The position numbers and the translations under genes are program-made. A DNA stretch of 64,000 nt from Octopus sinensis (lineage: Eukaryota), in the NCBI RefSeq assembly GCF_006345805.1, contig NC_043001.1, positions 93,744,001-93,808,000 of the forward strand, written 5' to 3'. Below, piece after piece: positions 54,836-64,000 of the stretch; the stretch's first letter is position 1, and every line of letters begins with the position of its first letter. The notes beneath the pieces were generated by a model. The model had not been told where the DNA came from. It made no database searches and worked only from the letters and a program-made list of their open reading frames with translations.

Positions 54836-56284
54836 GTGTATGTATGTGTGCACACCTGCATATGTAGACATATTATTGTTTAGCCGCACATGTATGTCTA
54901 TATTTTACTGATTTGAGGAATTAGCAAAAATGAAAGAAAATCTACTGCAGTGAAAGAAAGTACTATTATACAACGACCACCAAGGAAAATAATAGAAAAG
55001 TGCTACAATGTCATAATCATAAGAAAAGAAACCAGAATACAGCAAAAAGATGACTGAAAGACATGATGGGTGAGATGCGGAGGGCGAGAAAGGATGCGAT
55101 ACAGTGAGAACCAAAGTGAAAATGAGCGAGAGAGGTGACTAAAAAGCCAGAAGATTTGAAGGAGCTAGTCAATAATGGACAAGAAATGAATTAAAATATA
55201 CAAAAAAAAAGACAGCGTGATAAAAATACATTACGAAAATCATATTAAACTACTATTCTATAGAAGAATTTAAGAGGTATTTTATGTTATCACGGTCGAT
55301 GCCCAGTTTATTATTTAGCTTTAAATATCGTGGATATAAAGGAATAAATATTCGTTTTGAAAAGATAAAAAAAATCGGAATTTTAGATGAGAGTAGTTTA
55401 CTTACAATGCAAACTTCGGTGAGGTTTACGCTTTATAATATTTTATTTATAGGTTTATTTCCCATTACTGATCTTTTTATGGTGAAAGTTGGTCCGTAAT
55501 ACTAAATCTAACATCCCACACGAACATTGCTTCACAAATTCATGCTATATCACCTATATTATAACTATGGTGAAATATATATTTCGTGGCATATATTTCA
55601 ATGGAAATTATCAATTCTTGCTACTGTAATGCAGCTGATTCTGAATTCTGAGGCAATTCCAATTTGTATATCTTATACAATATTTATATACAGTCATAAA
55701 CATAGGTTTGTAAAGAATCAACCATATTCCATCAAGGATAAGCCAGATTCACAGTTCAAACATTATGCAAGCTTAACATTTTTCTTATCTTCTAATACTT
55801 TCGTTTTATTCAAAGAACCCTGCCTTCGTCTAACTGCTGACAGCGCTATTGAGATTATTATTAACTAGCAAACATTAAGATCTTACGAAAACATTGCAGT
55901 CCATTAATCGCCAGCTGTGTCAACACACTTCCCATCCACATAAACTATTATTCGTTCAGATTTCGACCAACGTAGGCTACAATATTGACATATGATCACG
56001 TTATCTCTAACTTAGATGATCGCTCTTCGCAGTGGTAGCAAACACCCACCAAACTATAGGCAGCTAAATCCCATGCACATATAGCTAATTGCGAGAGCAA
56101 TATACTCATATTCTTTAGGTACAGTTTGCAGAAAATCACTTATCGAATGCACAGTATAGATCAATATGTTCTCTATCAATCACCATGTATACACATACAG
56201 ACACGCACGCACGCGTGCACACTCGAACGCGTACATTACTTTATATGCATACGTATATATATATATGATATATATATATATATA

Positions 56285-56341
<57 letters not shown>

Positions 56342-57857
56342 TGTGTGTGTGTGTGTGTGTATCTCTATGTGTATGTGTGTGTATATATGGTGTATACAGT
56401 GATGTACAATGTATTATTGTCCAATCCCAGCAGATGATAAACAAAAACTAATCAGGTTTCTTTACTCACCTTTTAATGTGTTTGCATGTTGCGATACATT
56501 GAATTAGAATATTACATGCTAAGGTCTGTTTACCTTTAATCATATATTTTCTTTTTGTCTTTTTATTTATTTTTGATTCTTATCTTTCACTTTCTGTTTT
56601 GTGAATTATTGCCTATCATTCCTACCACTACAACTGCTCCCTTATATTTTTTTGAAATAGAGTTTGTTTGGCTCTCATATCTTTATTATTTATGATTCCT
56701 TTGTAATGAAGTCTATTCTTTTCTATCAGGAAATATATATTAAGAAAATCTTTCACAAACCTAGATAAACAAAAGTTTATTGACTGAACGTGATTAAGAA
56801 GCGAATAACTTCCCACTAAATAATTTAGCAAATGGATGATATCAATAAATGAACAAAATACAGCAACTTATGCCGAAGCAACGAGAAATTATATTTAAAG
56901 ATTATATTTGCCTGCCAAATCATTGGCACTCTGAATATTCTTAATAAGAGTGCACTTAGGTTCTCACATACCATTTAAGACTTAATATTCCTGAACAAGG
57001 TTGAAACTATGCATGATATATGAGTAGCATAAAACACACAGGAACGTAGGCAATGCATTAATTTCTGAGTTCAAATCTGCAGCTGTCGAAATTATCATTC
57101 AACAAGAAGTGATCAATAAATTAAGGAGAACTCAATCGAATCTAACCTCTCCTTTCTAAATTGGTAGACTGATCGATCGTACAAAATGAATGGATGTACC
57201 GACGTTTTGTTATCAGTAGTAAAATCAAGTATACACAAAGATTAATTTTAAGGGTTTCCATGTAGTTTTATTTGTGAATAACCAGATGTTTTGTGATTAC
57301 ATAGCAGCCTGTTACTTAGTGAGTCTGAATATAAAACCTTGCAATTTGCTTCAGGTGTATACAAAAACAAAACAATTCCAATTCTAAAATAAATAATCAA
57401 TAATTCTGAGAGAAAGTGTATAAACATTCGAAGGAAGGTAAGTGACAGGATTAAAAGCATCAAGCTGGAAAGGAATGGCAGAATAAACTATATTTTCAAT
57501 TTCATCATAGGTTTCATCTTTAATAGAAAAATAACAAAGGGCGTACATTTAAAATATAATGTAATACTGGGCAATATACACCCATTGCAGTGCGTCTAGT
57601 ATGTCAGCCGTTCGTGGTTTGAATTTCGATAACAAGGCATAAAGGATAGGACGGTTTCAAAGTTGACAGATATTTCAGGTTGTTACAATACATGCAACTT
57701 CTCAGATAGACGCTGTTGGCAAAAATAATGGGGAAGTAAAGACAGTCGTATCAAGAATGTGGCATGTTAATCTGAGGAACCTCCAGAAGATGCAGAACAA
57801 AGAAGTTATATTCCTGCCGCTCTCCTCGCATATATATATATATATATATATATACAC

Positions 57858-58070
57858 TCTTTAATCTTTTACTCGTTTCAGTAATTTGACTGTGGCCATG
57901 CTGGAGCACCGCTTCTAGTCGATCAAGCAAATAGACCCTGGGACATATTCTTTGTAAGCATATTACTTATTCTATCGATCTCTTTTGCCGAACCGCTATG
58001 TTACGGGGGCGTAAACACGCCAGCATCGGCTATCAAGCGATGTTTTTGGGACAAACACAGACACACACAT

Positions 58071-58102
<32 letters not shown>

Positions 58103-58285
58103 GCATATATTTACATATATACGACAGGCTTCTTTCAGTTTCCGTCTACCAAATCCACTCACAAGACTTTGGTCGGCCCGAGGCTATAGTAGAAGACACT
58201 TGCCCAAGGTGACACGCAGTGGAACCGAACCCGGAACCATGTGGATGGTAAGGAAGCAACTTACCACACAGCCACTCCTACGCTT
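57858..58285 (-). mobile_element. Full-length SINE family B
   Basis: Collinear with the copies at 22055 and 40025. Confidence 0.92.
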
Positions 58286-58294
58286 ATACACATA

Positions 58295-58367
<73 letters not shown>

Positions 58368-58918
58368 ATGCTTTTACACGTTTCTGTTATATGGATACAT
58401 ATATATATATATATAAGTTTAAAGCTTGTTTCGAATAATTGTCTCAAAATATCTTTATTGTATAAAAGATATCTGCATTCGTGACAGCTGATGCGAAGTT
58501 TGAACTGGTTGCTCCATACTGTAAGAAAAAAAAAAAAATTCTGTTTGTGTTGGCCTGATCTAAACTGCTCAGCCGACTACATTAATAATATTAGGTCACG
58601 AATATTTCTTGGAAGTTTATTTCAATCACAATATCCAAAGAATTTGTTTCAGTTATATTTCTTGATTCGTTTTACCTTTTGCATTCTGTCAGATTTAATG
58701 GACACAGACTCATACAGATGCACGAATACATCCCCCACGCACATACACACACACATGATATTATTAATATATACGAGTATGCGTATTTCTTATGTACATA
58801 TATGTGTGTATGAGTATGTATACTTCCAGGAATAAATACTTCTATATAAATATACATGAGTACTTTTTATTGCTGGTGTGATATGTATTTATATATAATA
58901 TATATAATATATGCATAT

Positions 58919-58971
<53 letters not shown>

Positions 58972-59412
58972 TTGGTTTGTGTTGTGTATATATATTTATA
59001 TGTTTATTTATTTATATCTGTGTATAATATACACATACATAAATGAATATATATATATATTATATATATATATATATATAATATATATATATAATATATA
59101 TATATATATATAATATATCTATATATATTATATATATAATACATACATACATATATCTTCAAAAGCTTATCCTTCAAAAGATAACTGTTGCCGAACGAAA
59201 TGAGCGAAATATCAAACGCATAGGACAAAAGAAAAACCGTAGCCATTAGATAAGAAAATTCACAGGAACGTTTACATATATTTGCTGTTAAGTTTACACA
59301 TATAAACACAGAGAAATAAACATATACATATATATGTACATACACATATACACGAAAAAATATCGTGCATAATACGAACACATTTTTTGTGATATCTAGT
59401 GCGTATGTAAGA

Positions 59413-59444
<32 letters not shown>

Positions 59445-59905
59445 CAAAACTTCTGTAGAGCAGTAAAATGTTCCATTTTCGTGAGGTGGAAGCATTTGGC
59501 TTGAATCATTCAACATCAGCAAGTATAGATTATAGAAAATACAATCATAGCCACACACGATTTGTTATCCAGAAATTTACATACACTGACAGACTGTGGT
59601 ATCAAGACAAAAATTTGATGCAGAAATACGTACATGTAGGCATACAAACATTAAAAAGAATACATCGTAATATCAAGTCTGAATATAAATGCATCCGAAT
59701 ATATTGACACATTCTAACACATATATAAACACTGGTAGCTGTCTGTGATATTATCTTCTCTCTCTCACTCTCTCTGTCTCCCGCTTTCTCTCACTTTTTT
59801 CATTTCCTCTCTCATTTTCGAATGAGAGAAAAAGAGAGAGGTGTAGAGAAAGAGACAGACAGACATAGGCATAAGGTATATCATTTATATATATATATAT
59901 GAATA

Positions 59906-59939
<34 letters not shown>

Positions 59940-60093
59940 TACAAAATATCCATTTAAACCTGTTACCATACTTATGCTAATTCTCAGTATCCTTCTTCCA
60001 ATGACACACGGTGTTACTCCTGAGAGTGACAGAAATATTGTAAATATGTAAGTACACACATACACACACACACACACAATATATATATATACA

Positions 60094-60235
60094 TAGTTGA
60101 AATTTGTAGAAAAAACAAAAGGCAAAGACAAGTGTATGGACAACAAACTAGTGTAATAGTTTGACGCTTGAGACAAATAGAAAAGTCTATATGTTTCAAG
60201 CCTACGCTCTTCACCAGAAAGAATAAAAGTAATTA
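60094..60235 (-). mobile_element. Third copy of the 9330/29410 element (core CTGGTGA 60217-60211), ending in (TA)n
   Basis: Minus strand reads tcttt CTGGTGA a gagc gtag gctt GAAAC ATA tagac. Confidence 0.6.
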
Positions 60236-60409
60236 AACAGAGAGAGAAACAAAAAGAACTTGTAATTTTAAGCGGTCCAATGCATATATACACTTATGTA
60301 TACGCATGTAGGTAAACACATATATACGTACAATTAGAAATGTCCGTTTATACAAAAATACATACATATATATATATATTGTATATGCTCATCCTTTTAT
60401 CTATATACA

Positions 60410-61680
60410 AGTAAACAGCTGCCTTACAAATTGTAAGCTTCAGGACACACTCAAGAAGGGAATAATATGCCATATGCTTAAAAGGGGGAAGCAGAGCATA
60501 TGCTATAAGCGATAGGCTTATCAGTCTGTCCTCACACATCAGCAAAATCATGGAACGAATATTCTGAAGGGAGAAGCTACCTGACACTGTTCTTGCAGTA
60601 TTACGACTAGGTGCTAAAATAACTGCTCAACGACTCAAATGGTATGATATGTCATAATCTGCGTAATCCTAACATAATTAGAAAACTCTGAAAATAGCCA
60701 CATGACTTTCTAAATGATAGAAATTAGGTAGTGGTGGCCAACGGGGTCATCACGAGGAAAGACTAAGAATGAGTTGGGCCGCAGTTATTCATAATGGCTC
60801 TCTAAGACATGTCCTCATCTGCTGCATTAGCTTTCCTTGCTAGCTGTACAGATGATACCGAAGTCACTCAGAGTATACGTTGTGCATCTGCAACGCGAGA
60901 TAGACTCAATATACTGGTGGGCTGAAAAAAAATAACATGCTGCTTAACGCTGGAAAATTCCAAGTCCTGCGCTAGGAACATACGAAAGTTACTAAAAAGC
61001 AGACAGAATACACTGGCTCAGGAGGGATTGCAATCCCTGAATCATTTTCAGTGCGTGACCTGGGCATTGACATGAATAATGCATTTTTCCAGGTGCATAT
61101 TACTAAGCTGGCAATAAAATTAAGACGCTTAGTCGGATGCATCCTTGGAACTTTCAAAACGAGAAAAACACGAAGCCATGGGAACTCGCAGCGATCCAGC
61201 TAAGCCACACAAAGTAGATCGGCTCAATGCCACCTATTTACCGGGAAAGACTAAAAAGTTAAGACTCTGCTCTACAGAACGAAGGCGTGAAAGATACGTA
61301 TTAGAACACGTCTGGAATATCCTAGAAAAACTTGTACCAAACTTTGGAAATGTCAGTTACACTAACAGCATAGCGGAGCGCCACTACATAGTAACAACAT
61401 TTCCAGCATTGCTCTAGGGATGCAGAGTTACATGCGGCAAGAACTAGTGCCTCAAGGGCCCACAATTTTTCAATATTCTTCCACAAAGCCCGTGAGGCCG
61501 GCATGGTGTGGATGCAGGCGTTTTCAAAACAAGTCTGAAGGCAAGAATCACAGATGAGAGCCACGACGTCAAATTCTTTCATTTACCAAATGCCATATAT
61601 CAGAGGATAGTGACAGTGTAGCAAAGCAAAAAGTGGTGCCCCAGCATGGCCGCAGACCTCGGACGGATGCTAAAAACAAA
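60410..61680 (+). mobile_element. Decayed CR1-like LINE: RT domain to 3' end
   Basis: Fragments KGGSRA..DRLISLSSHISKIMERI; DFLNDRN*VVVANG; VGPQLFIMAL*D..ASCTDDTEV (YADD-like); NNMLLNAGKFQVL; SVRDLGIDM; tail gtggtgccccagcatggcc. Confidence 0.85.
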
Positions 61681-62164
61681 TTCGCGCTTGCTTGCACACA
61701 CACACACACACATACACTAACACACAGACACATTCCGTGGTACATAAAGTTTCAAAGCACGATAGCTGACGATAAGTAGGTTATAATTAGAAATTTTAAG
61801 TACCACAAAATTCGAATCAAAGAGTTCAGATCCATGCATGTAACTCCCATATATGTGCATATTCCTATATATGTGAAAGATAGGCAGATAGATAGACAGA
61901 CAAATACAAGGGTATATATCTTATAATTTTTAAATTATCTCGGTCACAGGCCTCGGCTATGGCATATCACATTCAAGTGTTTAGTCGGTACAAAGATCTC
62001 AGTACGTGTTCAAACAATCGTTTTCACCTAAGTGCCATATTAATATATATATGTGTGTGTATGTGTGTGTGTGTGTGGATACGCATACATATTTACTCTC
62101 ACACACACATATATGTATATATACATGTATGGAGGCGTGTATGTACCTGCATATATATATATAT

Positions 62165-62500
62165 ATAAAATATTATTAGAGACAAAACCACTATTTTGCA
62201 AAACAACAAACAGGAAAGACTTAATCAATACATAAAATTTTAATAAATAGTCAAAAAAACCGCCACTACAATTGTTACTTGTCTTGATCGACAATCTTCA
62301 GGTGGACTTCCAATAAGTCAGTTTCAAATTATGAAGTAATTTGAAACTGACTTATTGGAAGTCCACCTGAAGATTGTCGATCAAGACAAGTAACAATTGT
62401 AGTGGCGGTTTTTTTGACTATTTATTAAAATTTTATGTATTGATTAAGTCTTCCTTGTTTGTTTTGCAAAATAGTGGTTTTGTCTCTAATAATATTTTAT
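62165..62500. mobile_element. Near-perfect ~165-bp-arm palindrome (loop tgaag 62332-62336) with a hammerhead motif in each arm
   Basis: Plus arm reads ccac CTGAAGA ttgtc gatcaa gacaa GTAA caattg TA gtgg; A13 is changed to T in both arms. Confidence 0.85.
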
Positions 62501-62578
62501 AATATTTTACTATAAAATTGGATTTAATCCTAAATCTGATTTTTTCCCTGTAAATTTGGATTTATTCCCTAATATTTA

Positions 62579-62617
<39 letters not shown>

Positions 62618-63446
62618 GGATAGATGGATATACACACACATATGTGTATGTGTGCGTGGGCATCTGTATGTATTCCTTCGTTTTTCTTATAGCTTATATA
62701 CATTTTAGGTTTACGATTACGCTCGTTTTTACAGAGTTCTTCGTACAGAGGTACGTGCTTTTTTTTCTTCTCCATGATGCCTCACTTGTCCTGTAAGGCT
62801 CTAAGTTTCCTCTCTATTTATTGCAAACAACTTGAAATGATTCAAAGACCTATTGTAGTCAAATAATCTAAACATACATATATATATATGTGTGTGTGTG
62901 GAGAGAGAGGAAGAGAGCGAGAAAATGATCTCTATATGTATGTATATATTTTTATAAATATATGCAAAAGATCACTCCGACTAAAATCTATTCACAAAAA
63001 CTGCAAACACACATGTACGTATATTCTTTGTTTCATCTATAAATAATGCTCAAATACACATATAAATAATAATCAGGGGAAAACCTTTCCACTAAGATAA
63101 GCAAATATATAAGATTTTCGTACGCAAAAATATAAAGCATTCTCTGTCTTATACACGTGCGAGTGACTTGGCGAATGCGTGTACGAGCGTGACTGTGTGA
63201 GCGTGTGTGAGCGTGTGTGTGTGTGTGTGTGTGTGTGTGCATGTTTTCGTGTATGTGTATGTGGATGTATACTCTTATACTATTTACATCAGCACATATG
63301 TAGATATTTACATCTGGGATTTCTATTTCCCGTCTGTAATGAAGCTTTTTGCATTGTTTTATCTTTGACTTCTCTATATCTTGGCTTAAATATCACGTTG
63401 TGTGTGTATGTGTACACACACACACATACATACACACACGTATATA

Positions 63447-63541
<95 letters not shown>

Positions 63542-64000
63542 GAAAGAGACAGATAGATAGATATATAGGTGACATATATGTAAATATATATATGTATGTA
63601 TGTATATTTATCTATTTATCTATCTATCTATGTATATTCATATACACATATATAGTGTATTTTCCTTCCTGATTTACTGTATTTTGACTGTTCATTCTAC
63701 ATTATTGTCTGTGTACTATTGCCTTACTAATATTTACAATCTCACTCACAGGCTCACACACACTTGTATGTAAATGAGGAGGCCTCGAAAGCATCCACGG
63801 AGAGGGAGAGAGGGAGAGAGAGAGAGGGGAGAGGGAGAGGTGTGAGAGAGAAATTTATACCAAAGTTTATACAGAACCGTATGAAACTCTACGCTAGCGT
63901 GTTCTATGTTCAACCGCGTACTACATATGAAAACACTCCACTACGATTGAACAAATTTTAATGAACATACTGTCTCTTTCTCTCTCTCTCTCTCTCTCTC

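Noticed and set aside
57355-57437. Plus-strand 83-nt exon-like segment (ttcag..GAAG|GTAAGT)
   Set aside because: It has stops in all frames and no other support; such motifs are expected by chance. It could only be a non-coding exon.
59808-59829. 9-bp hairpin with a TTCG loop
   Set aside because: It arises at the junction of CT- and GA-rich simple repeats and is likely chance.

Overview
Strongly AT-rich eukaryotic DNA. The repeat families suggest a cephalopod, probably Octopus; this is inferred from the tRNA-derived SINE types and the microsatellite load. No long genuine CDS is present, and most ORFs in the track are translations of (TA)n, (CA)n or (TAA)n. The window looks intronic or intergenic. 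It is dominated by microsatellites, four tRNA-headed SINE families, decayed LINE fragments (R4/Dong, HERO, RTE, CR1-like), a Penelope-type GIY-YIG remnant, and an assembly duplication across a 100-N gap. Two signals stand out. (1) On the minus strand there is a candidate recursive-splicing site: a polypyrimidine tract, then CAG|GTAAGT at 36822/36821, then a 48-nt cryptic exon with stops in all three frames that ends at a second GTAAGT donor. (2) There is a dense set of short elements carrying minimal type I hammerhead ribozyme motifs with palindromic helix III, as described for Penelope-like elements. These are three head-to-head hairpin pairs, one apparently intact solo copy, a five-copy family abutting (TA)n, and a tRNA-headed SINE with a degenerate hammerhead. 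All calls were made by eye and need computational or experimental confirmation.
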